From Laetmonice hystrix (taxonomy: Eukaryota), in NCBI GenBank assembly GCA_965235115.1, contig OZ249447.1, forward strand, positions 23,808,001-23,872,000: a DNA stretch of 64,000 nucleotides, written 5' to 3'. The notes under the pieces were generated by a model. The model had not been told where the DNA came from. It saw only the letters and a program-made list of their open reading frames with translations, and searched no databases. This document shows, one piece after another, positions 51,401 to 64,000 of the stretch (its first letter is position 1; each line of letters begins with the position of its first letter). Both the position numbers and the translations under genes were made by a program.

Positions 51401-51763
51401 TCTGCATCTGAAGTCCAATTCCTAATTAAGGTATTTCCATTCTATTAAGTCTGTACGAAGGCATGACGTGCAGTGGGGTAAGAATCTGATTGGAGGAAGG
51501 AGAGTGAAAGGGAGCTCAGTTTGCTAAATGACATCACAAAAACCGACGGGCCAAGAGACCTGGAAAATGTTACCATGGGTATGTTCCTGACCTCAGAATG
51601 TGACCGAAGGAAGTCCTGACTCATTAAACATTTAACACTCGAATCAATGGGCACGCAGTCTTAGCACTTGTACTATGGTTCAGTCTGAAACAGGACATAT
51701 CAGGCATCGGAATGGGGCTTGAATAACTTGCTTTCCTAACAGAAATTGCGATTTTGATTTTAA

Positions 51764-52189
51764 AGACAGGGTAAACACCCAGGGCAACGAAGGTTTCGTA
51801 GACCAAATGAAACACCAGCATTTACCTCAGGGCAATAAATGCCACAATTACGTTGTCTGAATGAAGTAATTAACGTGTAATCGCCCGATGTATGACGCCG
51901 CTGGTTCTTACCTTGACCTTCGTGTGTTTATCAGCCGAATGCTGCACACCGCGGCGTATTGCGTAACATTACGTGTTGCTCTGCTCACAGACCTTGTTTG
52001 GAGTCCCAACGTTTGTAGACGTCCAAGGTGTTGAACACACAAGCAGAACCAGCGGCGTCACACATCGGGCAGTTACACGTTAATTACTTCATTCAGACAA
52101 CGTAACTGTGGCATTTATTGCCCCGAGGTAAATGCTGGTGTTTCATTTGGTCTACGAAACCTTATTTGCCGTGGGTGTTTACCCTGCCT
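51764..52189. mobile_element. Kolobok-type MITE with long TIRs (about 145 bp)
   Basis: TTAA at 51760-63 and 52190-93; arms agacagggtaaacaccc...ggttct / agaacc...gggtgtttaccctgcct. Confidence 0.85.
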
Positions 52190-52828
52190 TTAACGGGTGG
52201 GGCTGGCTAGGAACCATTTTCTGTTTGATTTTAGCAGCTGACCACGGGCCAAAGAGCTGATAAGGATGCTGACCTGCTGTAGACTACCCGGGTACTAACT
52301 CAGGTTTTCTCAAAGCGCACATTTGCCGTGAGTAAGTGAAATTCGTTTCCCCGATCTGTTAATTTTGAAACCTGCATTTTGAATGTGTGTGTTTGCATCT
52401 GATACATCCGAAACACTCTTGTGAAATACTGAGGCTGTTTCAGTAAATGTTTTCCTGCAAACATGAGAAAAGGAGTTCCATCATCAATCAACCTAAAACC
52501 ACCCAATCAGCATCGTTAGCCTGCGGTGTAATTTCACGTTTGATGTCTGATCTTCAAAGTTATACTTAATGTTGTTCACATCCTTGAGGTGCCCTATCTG
52601 GCGTCCACACCTTAACGACTCGTAAGGTGACACGAATGGCACGACCAGGAAAAGATAAAAGGGCCTGTCAGGTGAGAATGGAGCAACAGTTGGGAGCACC
52701 TGGTCCATCAGAAGTACCGCCATTTCCAGGGTCTCCCGTACTCGATGAGGCTGCCTTGTCAGCATCTGCCGCCTTAAGCTGTATCCTCACTGGACGCGTG
52801 CGACGCGAGCGTTTTTTTAAAGAAGTAA

Positions 52829-53648
52829 AGCTAGGAACACACCTAAAGCTGTATCCTCACTGGACGCGTGCGACGCGAGCGACGTGCGCATTTTTTTAAA
52901 GAAGTAATGGAAATGAATGGAGCGCATCATAAAAAATGTCGCGCGCGTCCAGTGCAGATGGCTTCATTCATTTCCATTACTTCTAAAATAAACGCTCGCG
53001 TCGCTCGCGTCGCACGCGTCCAGTGGGGATACAGCTTCACGCTGCACAGTGTGTCGCGCGCGATCGCGCGCTACGGTGCGCTTCTGAATTGAACACACTC
53101 CACGCGCTTCACCACGCGACAAATCCATTACTATAGCAGGGCCTGAGTGGAGGGGGGGGGGGAGTCGGGGATGGATCCAGGAATTTGGAGTCTGAGGTCC
53201 CTTCCCCTAGAAAAATTTGAAAATTATGCCTACAGACAGTGCCAATCGTGGGGTTTCCTGGCATCTGGGAACAAAATCCAAGGTCTTATAATTATAACTG
53301 AATATAGGGGGTCTTGTGAGCGGGAAAAAAACCCACATTTTTAATTTTTAGTGGTTGATAAGGTTAGGCCTACCAAGGTCGGCTCAACATGCACAAGACG
53401 TGTCGTCTTCGACGTATTGAAATGGACAAAACATGGCATCAGTGTGAGAAAACCAACGACGAACAACGAAACGCTTCATTGCGACATGCGCTACAAAAAG
53501 CCCCACGACCCTTTTCCTGATTTTGATGCGTGGCGTCGCGTGGCATGTAGCTTGTGGTGTGTTCAGTCTCATTAAAAACCATTAGGAGCTTTTTGTGGCG
53601 TAGCGTAGCATCGCGTAGCGTAGCATTGCGTCAGGTGTGTTCCTAGCT
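52829..53648. mobile_element. Harbinger-type element B nested in A
   Basis: TIR agctaggaacacacc / ggtgtgttcctagct; exact TAA duplication; removing it restores the gaagtaatggaaatgaatgg seen in intact A. Confidence 0.8.
52847..53036. mobile_element. Intact 190-bp copy of MITE family A nested in B
   Basis: Both TIRs present; taa and tca flanks. Confidence 0.85.
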
Positions 53649-54667
53649 TAATGGAAATGAATGGAGCGCGTCACAAAAAATGCTGCGCGCGTCCAGTGCA
53701 GATGGCTCTATTCATTTCCATTACTTCTAAAATAAACGCGCGCGTCGCTCGGGTCGCACGCGTCCAGTGAGGATACAGCTTAAAAGAGTGCAGCCTCCCC
53801 AACCACTCCATCACAGCCAGACCCATACAAGTGAAGGCCATATCTTTCACAACTCAAACCATATATAGGCCTTCTACAGGCCGGATATATCAAGGGGACT
53901 CACGTCCCCGACAGGAGCCCGCGCTTGCAATGCCCCTTGCCCTGACATTTGCGATTCCAACGACTTCAAACATTGAAGAGCTATTGCTATTTGTTTTCTA
54001 TGATTAACAAATACCTATGCCTTTTACTTTTCAAGCACGAAATTTTTGAATATTTAGTTTGTATCAAAATTACCACTCATGTCTGTATTTTTCTTCATAC
54101 TTGTGTCGTACCGACGAATTTTAGGCTAAATTTTCATTACATTATTTGGTAAGAGTTTTCTTCAAACCTTATTCGTGTTAAACTTCAGTTTGCCTTAAGC
54201 TTTATTCTTGTGTCATACAGCAATCTAGACAGTGTAATGCCAAATGACATTGTGTTCTTTGATGGTGTGGATGGCAGCTTTGATGCCAGAATTGTTCTAA
54301 CAATAGTAGAAGGACATCTATAGGTGCACAGTTAGAGAACCTTAATCCCCGTGTTTTAGCACCTCTTTGATCCCGTGTCCAGCGTCAATGTGTCCGTTTC
54401 ACAACTGACTTCTATCTCCTCTATGTCTTTGTTCAGTCAACCGTGTTCAGTCATTTGAGTCTGGCACAAAGATAATTTCAGTACAAGCAGGCTGCCCACT
54501 AAGGGCTTGGGCCAATAGCTGGCCAGGATTATTTTGTTCTATTTGATTGGCCGGTTTGCGACCAGCCATTTTCCTTATATACTCATGTTATACCTTGAAA
54601 CTTCACTTGGAATTTTATAATGACACGACAATAAACAACAGCTCACATCAACAAGATTGTCGTCCTT

Positions 54668-55749
54668 CTGCTTGACACTCAGTTTTCTGGATGTTGTAAG
54701 GTGAGCCAAGTGGCCTTACGATAATGGTGGAGAACCCGGGTACTTAGCACTTTTTAGCTGCTGACGTCCCATATGTGAGCTATCACCCAGAGGACAAACG
54801 CCTGCCTGAAGATGACCATGGAGGGATTTCTTCCAGAACCTGTCCTGACATTCCTGAATGGTGCCAGAAGCCTAGGAGTGTCTCTGAGCTGGAGTATTTT
54901 CAGTCAGTGACAACCTTACTGGTATATATTCCGTCAGGACAATATTTCCTAATATCAGAAGATGTTATGACGGTGAAGTGATTATTATCTTTGTTATCAT
55001 TTCTTAACCATCGTGTTTGGTATCATTATAAAGGAAATAGCAGTATGAACAATTAGAACACCGTATTTTAGGTGTAAGTTAAATATAAAAAGAGTTACCC
55101 AATATCTGTAGGTTGATGTGGTGAGGGCAAGGTTCGTTCCGGTGGCTGGTCAGGGTTAATTAGTAAGCTCCGCCCCATTTACTACCCTAGAGTATATATA
55201 CCCCCTTAGTTAGCTAGAGAGAGATCTATAGGGAGATAGACGGAGAGACACACACAGATAGAGACATAGGCAGAGATGCAGAGAGAGAGTTCTGAACCAG
55301 CCACCCATGCAGCCTGGCCATGACCATCAACCACTGTAACTCCTGGTAGGTGTTTTGCCTTTACTCTAAGTATTATGGCTGGACTACTCTAAACCTTATT
55401 TTACTGTATTTGGGTATACTACCCACTAGTATGTTCGAACCATGTCGGCATACCCCACTTTACTTGTCTTGGCAATCGCCACCACTGTTCAGCCACCAAG
55501 ACAGACATCCTAGAATAAACTACCAACAACCACATTTTTAATCAAACCCCCAATCTTGTGTTATTTTATCAATATGCTAGCTTTCCCCCCATTAGAAAAC
55601 CTCTCTTATAAGTCGCGTGGAGTTGGGTTGTGGTGCAGAGCTAATGCCATGTTAGATCTGTCACCCACCGAACGACACGACGAAAATGGTGGACTGCTTG
55701 ACACTCAGTTTTCTGGATGTTGTAAGGTGAGCCAAGTGGCCTTACGATA
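54668..55749. repeat. Identical 56-bp direct repeats (54668-54723 and 55694-55749)
   Basis: ctgcttgacactcagttttctggatgttgtaaggtgagccaagtggccttacgata occurs twice. Confidence 0.9.
55117..55533 (+). mobile_element. Possible solo LTR (417 bp)
   Basis: TGTGGT...ACCACA termini, TATA-like agtatatata at 55191, AATAAA at 55514; no TSD, PBS or PPT seen. Confidence 0.45.
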
Positions 55750-57199
55750 CTTGTCACAGAGTATACTAAACAGGTTTTGTTGTTTGAACCTGAAACAGGG
55801 CAAGCAGATCTGTCACCAGGGGCCTGTGAGACACGGGGATTCGGATTAAAAAGGTCTCTATTGTCACCTGTCAAATACTGAACGCAGGCAACATGAATGC
55901 TGCAAATCTACCAACATAACAGAAAGTGGAAAACAATGACGCAGATTAAGACGGATACACAGATCAATTATTGATTAGCAAAGAAACAAATTCCGGAGTC
56001 ACGCATAATTACGCATTGACTCTGCTGAATAATCCAGCTGTGCATGCAAGAACTTTCGAAACTTCATGATTAATGCCCTTTTCGTTATTCAGTTGTTCTA
56101 AATCAACAGGCTTGCCTATCTATTTCATTACCAATTTATTAAACTTTTGCCTCAGTCTCGAATTTTCCACCCGACCGAGATTGTTGGTCAGATTTAGCAG
56201 TACCAAATGACCATATTCACTTCTTCGACATGTAGCAGCTGTAACTGCAATGATGAATTGTGTTGTCAGAAGTCAAACCGGAGGCAGTCAAAGCCCTCCC
56301 GTTGAGGTTCTTAAACATCAATTTTGCTTCCAATGGGACCAATAAAATGTCATGAAACGGCTCTCAATGCTAAAACCAGAGGCCTACTATTCTCAAAATA
56401 ATTTCCGATAGAAATCTATTTGCGACATCTTCATTACTCATGTCGATAAGCCATAAGCTGTACAGCTAATGATACAGCGTTCCCTTTTCTGAGAAAGCTG
56501 TCATGAAAGTGGAGGCAGCAAAAAATATCAAGTCTGGATGCAGTTACAGGTGATAACTGATAAGATCCTCTCGAGACTTGATATTAATAGGCATAGTGAG
56601 ACTCTCAAAAGATTGGCTGCTTAGACTACTATTGTACAGGTACTTGGACTTGATTGCGGACAAAGACGGTCCAGGAATATAAAAGCCGATGGCAAGTGAT
56701 CACTTAAATCGTACCGGTCTCATTCTGTATTCTGTAACACTGTACTGGATTGATTAGTTTTCTCCGAAATACACCTCTCGAAGAAGGCACTCAAGGCTTT
56801 ATGTTGCCTTCATTTTAATGTATTTAAGACAACAACAAAATCATGCAGTTATAGTATTTTAATCAATTCTTTTTATGCCCCGTGAACGACTTTCAGATTG
56901 TATCGATGGGCTTTTACTATTATATTTATTACTATGCGTCGATTTCAAATGAACCATGAAAGTCTTAATCAGCAGGTCAAGATCCCGTTGAATGATTAAC
57001 ATGCTTTTTCTTATTAGAGACCTGCAGCTTACGCTGATTGTCACGATCAATTAGTCATGCAATTGGACCATAGAGACTTTGCTGGGCAAGCAACTTCACC
57101 TTTGGAAGTAAACGCCATTATTACCGTCCATAATGAATTTCGAGATCACAGACTCAGTTTTACTTCAAACAATCCTGTTACTGGGTCAATCAGACTCAC

Positions 57200-57289
57200 A
57201 GGGATGGCCGATTCGTATCGCCGGACGCAAGTTGGTAGAATGGTCGGGCAAGTCCCAAAAACAAAGACAATAGCCCAATGGCTAGTGCT
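57200..57289 (-). CDS. Tentative signal-peptide exon of CACNA2D (ALAIGLLSLFLGLARPFYQLASGDTNRPSL)
   Basis: Hydrophobic stretch ending in phase 2 at a strong gtgagt donor; no in-frame ATG and weak acceptor; the following exon was not found. Confidence 0.25.
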
Positions 57290-57446
57290 CTGACCCAACA
57301 TGTAATAGACTTATGTAATTTTTTTTTACTTATGTAATAACATGTACCGGTATAGGGGGCATGTGGATGTCTGAGCCGGGCAAGTGGAATTTTGTAGTTC
57401 ACTTGTCCTGTGGCAAGTGATCAATTAGAAATATCGGCCACCCCTG

Positions 57447-57710
57447 GGCCTGGTTTTTTTGTTTACTTTTCCACCGTGAGCAAGGGTGAGCTGAGCTGAG
57501 CAAGGGTGACCATGAGCTCATTCTCAGCGTTTTCGTGCTTTTTGTGTTGCCTTTTTCCATGAGGCGTGCTCATGGTGAGCAAGCTCGCGGAAAAACACCC
57601 GAAAAAAACGAAAAAAAGTGAGCAAAACGGTGAGCATGAGCTTCTGCTCACCCTTGCTCAGCTCAGCTCACCCTTGCTCACGGTGGAAAAGTAAACCAAA
57701 AAACCAGGCC
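57447..57710. mobile_element. Harbinger/PIF-type palindromic MITE
   Basis: TIRs ggcctggtttttttgtttacttttccaccgtgagcaagggtgagctgagctgagcaagggtga and its reverse complement; CTG duplication. Confidence 0.88.
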
Positions 57711-60700
57711 CTGGTCATGATTGTGACAATTACAGGAAATGTCATTGTTGTCATTATAGGTATGCCACGCAAAGTGTTATGCAAACAACGAGTGTGACCG
57801 TCATGCTTTAATATATTTCAATTTTAGTCATTTTTAAAACCCCAACTCCAATGCGTTTTATATGCCTGACCAGGCTGCTGCAAAGTTCTGTTTCAGCCAA
57901 AAGAACCAATGAATATTTTCACAACTGTCTTAGTCCATTTCTACATACTGCAGGTGGCCTAATACGCTACAGACATGCAAAGTCAGGAACTTTACAACCT
58001 TGTGTCAATATACTAGTTGTCATTGAATATAGCCGCACCATACTGTGTATTTATTCGGACCGCACTCTTGTTATTGTCAGTACAATATTTATGTGATACA
58101 TGCCATCTACAACCAACTCTTAGTGTAATGGTACAGCACAGGTATCACATATTCCCTAAACTTCTGGTCTGTACACACAAGGCAGTACAGTACTTCTTCT
58201 GACTCTCAACAGGTTTGACCGTTTCACGTCACACAGGTTGTTGACGAAGCACTCCAGCCACAAAGTCCTTACTCCCAAGTACTGCATTAGAAGTACTGCG
58301 CCTGGACAAAAAATCAAATTGTCGGCTTTACAACAAATTACTCTACCCGCTTGAGTAGGCTTTACATGCTATCGTTTCTTTAAAAATACCCCCCAAAAAT
58401 AAAAATAAGGTTAGGCTTACTCTGAGTACCTATAATACGGGTATACGAAGACCTGTTCGTCTTTGATATAAAATAAACTTTTAATGGACTGGAAGAAGTT
58501 TGACGCCTATCCGGAGCAAGAACCTCAGCCAAGGACTGGCGCCTTGACACTGATGACAACAAGGTCACCTGAAAGTCCTCCTGGGTGCTCTAAGTGTTAC
58601 CTATCATTGCCAACATTTGGCCGCAGACCGCATGCCTATAGAGCTTTTCCGTGTCCTTGGGTCTGGAAAATCAATCTTTGCCAGCAGGCTTTGAAAAGGT
58701 GCGAACCCAGCAATAACAGGGTCACAATAGAAAACGCACAACTGGCGACAGTCAAGTCCACAAGCCAGACAGGGCTGGCAAAAAGATGGTCACTGTGTTA
58801 AGGTAAGCCTTCTTTGTCAGAGTTCGGGAAGGGTATGATAGAAATCACTAATTGCCATTGAAGGTGACAGGTAAGGCGACCGTTTCACAATAAAAGGAAA
58901 CGAAAACGTGACGAATGTCTGTGGGATGGAGATTGTCTCTGCAAGAATGATAAATCAAACTGCAACTGTGACTTTCATCAGGTGTGCCTTCAATTCCTAA
59001 CATTAAAACACTGTACATCATCCAGTAGCCTTGCACACAAAATTCCCTGACTTTCCCCTGACTTCCCCCAAACTTTCAAATTCCCATACTTTCCCCTGCA
59101 TTCTCGGAAATTTATTTTAGTTTTCCCCTGTTTTCCCCGACCCATGGACACCCTGCCGGTAAATACTAGACAGTGCACAGCAGGCTTTCTCCTCTGTCCC
59201 CGTGGGTAAATCTCACATCATTTTCCGTCTTCTTGACCTTAATACCTTGCACCACAGTAACACCATACCCAAGCTTTACCATAATCCGTCTAAGTCCGAC
59301 ATTTTTTCGTTATCAGCATTCTGCCAAGTTGGTAGACGAGAAACACGAACTACCCGGTACATATCTATACTGCCCAATACTACCAACAGGAACAGACAGA
59401 AATCATTTTCTTTCACCACAAAATAGTACAGTTCACAAGCTTCATTTGCTTATCTAGTAATCATACATCAATCTTAAGAGACTTCAGTCTTCAATCAATG
59501 CAAAGGCCATCTATTTTCCTGCCCCATCATCAGGCTTGGCTGCAGTGAACTATCTACAGGCTAGAAGGTAACACAGGTGGGCAGATCGATTCAGTGGCCC
59601 TCGGCTCCTAAACACCACCCAGGCAGCAGAACAAATCACATCAATTTTAGTTTGATTCTGGCTGACTGGCGCCCTAACACGGCTTGATCACTTCCGCGCG
59701 CATTGGGCCTGCCTTCTCAGCTCTTAAAAAAAGTAGTAGCATTTTTCGCTGAGCCATGAGGCTTGACGCCTTTTGCTCAAAATAAATGTGAATGGACCGG
59801 ATGCCAAGGCATTCACAGCTGAAGTTGCAGCACAATTTCATGGTATATTTTTGCACATGTGCCCTGGGTATGTGCAGTTCTTTTATTCTTTGAAGTAGGT
59901 ATGACTTGTATTGATACAAAAAAATCTTATGGTCTAGTCATGATGGTATCTTTTTAATGATGGTTCTATTCTTAGAAGAAAAATTATTATAATATCAATA
60001 ATTATAATTCTGGATAACCTGTAGTAGGAAAAACCGGGAAAAACATGGGGGTTTAGACAAGAGTAGTAATCTGTTTTAGTTAGAAAGGTTACTTCTGCCA
60101 CAACATTACATAAAATGGATAAAAACCAAGTATTTATAGCAACCATGATAACATATATTGCCCCGAATTTTACCTCCTTAATACCTAATGGCTTTTGTTT
60201 CCGTGAAACATGTCAGACGACAAACTGGACAGCTACACGAGGGAGATTCGTCCACGTAATGGGCATGTTACTACACGAAACCTCGCTGCTCGTCGCCACA
60301 CTGCTGTCAGATTTCTCTGTTCTCTTGTTACATGTGGTGTTCACTTTATCTGTCACTGAATGACAGACTGGTCATTGAATCACGCAGGTATGTGAGGGGA
60401 GGAACCACACCTGGGGCCCAGTACAGGTGTTTGGCATGATTCACGGCGGCGGCGGCGATCAAGGGGCCGTGGGAGGGGATCCACGTCTGACTGCTCATCC
60501 GCTCCAGATGAAATGATAGTTTCGAATTCCTTCAGATATTTCTTTTATAACTGGAGGTTATTTTAGGCATGCAAAAGCGTTTTTATATAAGACTACAGGT
60601 GAGATAGCAAGACCAATGAAAGGACCACTCACAGAATATGGTACAAATCAATTTTTCAAATTGCATGAAACCAGCCCTTTCATTTTTTCCAATCGACATA

Positions 60701-63700
60701 CTGTCACCACTAACAAACGAGCGCCGTGGCTCCTTTTATTGCCGCCTCACTGGACCCCTATCAACCACACCATGGAGACTGGATGAAGGTTTACCGGACT
60801 GTTGGGGAATCAGCCGGCCTTCTGCCACCAGTAGCGGTATGCCCTGGCCCAAGTAAAGCTCTATCCCCACGCCGTCACTCTTCACAACTTTCATTACCAT
60901 CATCATTCCACTGAGCTCGGGAGGGCGACAGCAAGGGAAATTTATGTCACGGTGGCCATCATGTAAAACGTTGAGGATTTGCAATGCGTAGCATCGATGG
61001 CCTTCTGTAATGTTTACTAAATAGGGGATGACAGGAGCAGTGACGGTATCGTGGTCTCTCCTCCCGCCAGACTGGAGTTGGGCAGCGGTGAAGGCATTGC
61101 AGTCACTCTACTCCGAGAAATGCCTCCGCCTGATTGAAGAGGTGGTTATTCAAAACAACTTCTCTTGATTTCCCTGCTGAGATCCGTCTACCATCCGACT
61201 GCTTCCATGTATTAAACTGCCAATCTATCCTCGTCTGGCTCTAATTGACCATCATGTTCATACTTACTACCACCCTATCCTGACCAGATAAAGTGTCAAC
61301 CAGCAAGTTAATAAAACCTACAGCTTATGACCTCATATTTCTCCATATGTTTGTTAAGGACCACGCCGTATTGATCTGGAAAAGACCACCTCTCATACTA
61401 CCGGGAAACTGGGACCAGCCATTTCCCTAGGGCGCAGGATCTTCGTCATCCTTGGGATGCATGACTTGTCATTCTCCTCAGTAAAATCTTAAATGTATGA
61501 CATGCTGTTCTCAGGGAGGGCTTGAACTATTGAAACTACCCTTTAACACGCCAGTCAGTACATAATATAGATCATATTACATTACATTTTGAAAAGCTCA
61601 AAACATTGCGAAACCATATTGTTATGAGACATTGTCTCTACACTCCACTTCTATCATGAATCATACTGATATTTCAATAACAGGCTTAAGGCTCTTACGG
61701 TTGAATTGGCAGAAATAGCCGGTACCTACACTCAACAACATCTTAAATCTACGCATCAATACAGGTACTTAATCTCTTACAACGCTCACATTACCGGTAG
61801 TCCACGAATGAGTTTTTCATCTGGCCTGCTGTTTTATTAAATTCATTTTTAATTAAGCCTGGTTTCACTCTCCGATTTAAGTCACAGTACACCTGGTTCT
61901 GTGCCTGCTCGACGTGGTGGCAACAACTTCCACTTATCGATGATAGGATGCTCAATCCTGACCACTTATTTCACTCTCTTTGATGATAAAAGATCTATAG
62001 TGCCGAAACGGGATACAATCAAAGTGGCGAGAAAAAATCTTGTTTGCTGAAATTCTGTCCTAACATGAGATGAAACAAATCAACAAGCATGCTGTGGAAT
62101 CTAATGAGATGGGTGGGGAACGACCCACCAGCTGGCTGCCAGCGCACTCCTCAGCTTTTAATGACAACACAATCAAACAGGTCTTCCATCGCAAAATCAA
62201 TATGAGTGAAGTTCTTAGCTTTCTTCCACTCTCTCTAATATACTTCCTCCTAATTGTCCACACTACAATGACTCCGTTTGTATACTCTAACTCAAAGTAC
62301 GAAAAACAAACGAGAACAGGGAAAACCTCTGCTGTCAGGTTTACTGTGTGGCCATCAAACGATCCCCAGGTATATTATAGCACTGCTTCCCTCACTTTCT
62401 AATGTTAAAGCTCCATCCAAATTCACAATGAACACTGCTTTAAAATTCCCTACTTTTATTCACTATCCAGTTTCCAGTGGATTAACACTGCTTCCTATTC
62501 TTATCGTTTAGCACATCCAACTCTTTGCTGCAGCACTTAAAGTGCCGAGCCTCCAGCATTCCACATTTCAGCGCAGTGTCACTTTCCAGAGGTGCAGCTG
62601 CTTCAGTCCCATTGGGCTCCACATTATCATCTCCCAAAAAGTATAATTACTGGGCTACTTTTAAACTTAAAGACAAAGCATGTCTGAAACTGAAGATTGT
62701 ACACAAAAATATTTACAAATCACTGATGTTACTTTTAAACACACGAGCTTTTATTTATACTGCATATCCATATCACTGGAATTCTACAGGACTTTATATT
62801 GGTATTAGGATAAATTGGTAATGAATTATGTATTATGTGTTACCACCACTAACCTGGGTAGACGGATGGAATAATCACCAACATTTAAATGAAAGAAGCT
62901 ATGTCAACACAGCCTAACAATGTTTAAAGGAACGATGAGAAATTACGTGACCGTGAAACCGTAAAATCCAACAAACAAGTTCACGCCATTCTCCGATAAA
63001 AGAAGATGTTAAAAATCATTTTTCATTCCGCTTGAATAACTAACATCTGCCTGTTTCTCAATGAATCAATAACCTAAGCAAACTGAACTCAAATTAATGC
63101 ACCTCATGTTCATCTTTTTTTTTCTCATCCCACTGAAGCCATCTACAACAAATCCAGAGTGTGCCATGCCAACCGTCCCATTACAAGGAAATTATACACT
63201 CAATCTTTGTTTTACACCGGCTCTTCCTGCCCTTTTTATGTCGTCCTCAACCATTTCATATCCATTTAGCAAAGAGTATTTTCAGCCTCAGTGAATAAAT
63301 TAGGGACACTGCTACTTAGAAAACATGACAGAGCTTTGCAGCGGTTTGTATATATTGATTCAGTATATATGGATCCGCTTTAAACGCATGTCCGTATCTG
63401 GTGCAGGTTAATAAGAACATCATGCCATCTTGACAAGCCCGGTGGGCGCTAATCACCCAGAGAACTGAATATGGAAAGAACGAATGTGTTACTGGATAAG
63501 CACTACATTACGATTCGGTGCTGGTGAAACAAGAGCTCTGAAACAGGAAGAAACAACATCCTAATCATCTCCTCATGCAATTCAAAAAGTTCAGGCTTTG
63601 AGTAATCCAATAATCAATTCTTCAATCGTTCCGATCTAATCGACCAGTGATTCATGTTTCTGTATTCAAACACAGTTCTGTTTAATCGGGAAGACTTGAA

Positions 63701-64000
63701 ACTGCAAGTTTTAATGGGTTTCTGTTGCACTCCACTTTCCACTTCCATGGACGATTTCAGTATCTACGGTGATGCCTACTGATCAGCCAATCCCACATTT
63801 GACCTTGACCTTTGCATCACTACAATTTTCCATTTCTGGCAGTTGAAAGGGGCACTTTGTGGGAAGACCATCCAATTCAGTTACTTGTCATCCAATACAT
63901 GGAACGAGGGTGAGATTCCCCCAGGGGGTTACAGACCTGTGGTCGCTCAACCATCAGCCCGGAGGGACACCTTCAAATAAATGCCTATCCTGACCACAAA

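Larger units (their letters stand above)
52777..53780. mobile_element. Harbinger-type MITE family A, outer copy, interrupted by element B
   Basis: TIR agctgtatcctcactggacgcgtgcgac / gtcgcacgcgtccagtgaggatacagct; TTA and TAA flanks. Confidence 0.8.

Noticed and set aside
58484-58564. MDWKKFDAYP..RTGALTL resembling an ERGIC3 N-terminus
   Set aside because: Short match with wrong spacing and no further similarity

Overview
Eukaryotic, intron-rich animal DNA, most likely a marine invertebrate deuterostome such as amphioxus (inference from composition and MITE types). One gene dominates: a minus-strand voltage-gated calcium channel alpha-2/delta subunit (CACNA2D family). I reconstructed 32 coding exons by hand from 48418 down to the stop at 1709 (2991 nt, 996 aa + stop). 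All junction phases are consistent, and the chain covers the VWA/MIDAS domain, both double-Cache regions, delta and the GPI-type tail. The first roughly 60 residues (signal-peptide exon and next exon) were not securely found. The second-to-last intron is a minor-spliceosome AT-AC intron that is about 80% filled by a 46-bp minisatellite whose every unit carries major-spliceosome splice sites. Introns hold several other minisatellites (one is a run of 11 perfect CRE palindromes), Harbinger- and Kolobok-type MITEs including a triple-nested stack, and an LTR-like segment. The 8-mers TACATGTA and TACCGGTA are strongly over-represented. Apart from ORFs overlapping these exons, the ORF track looks spurious. 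No CRISPR array, rRNA, tRNA or intact transposase was seen.
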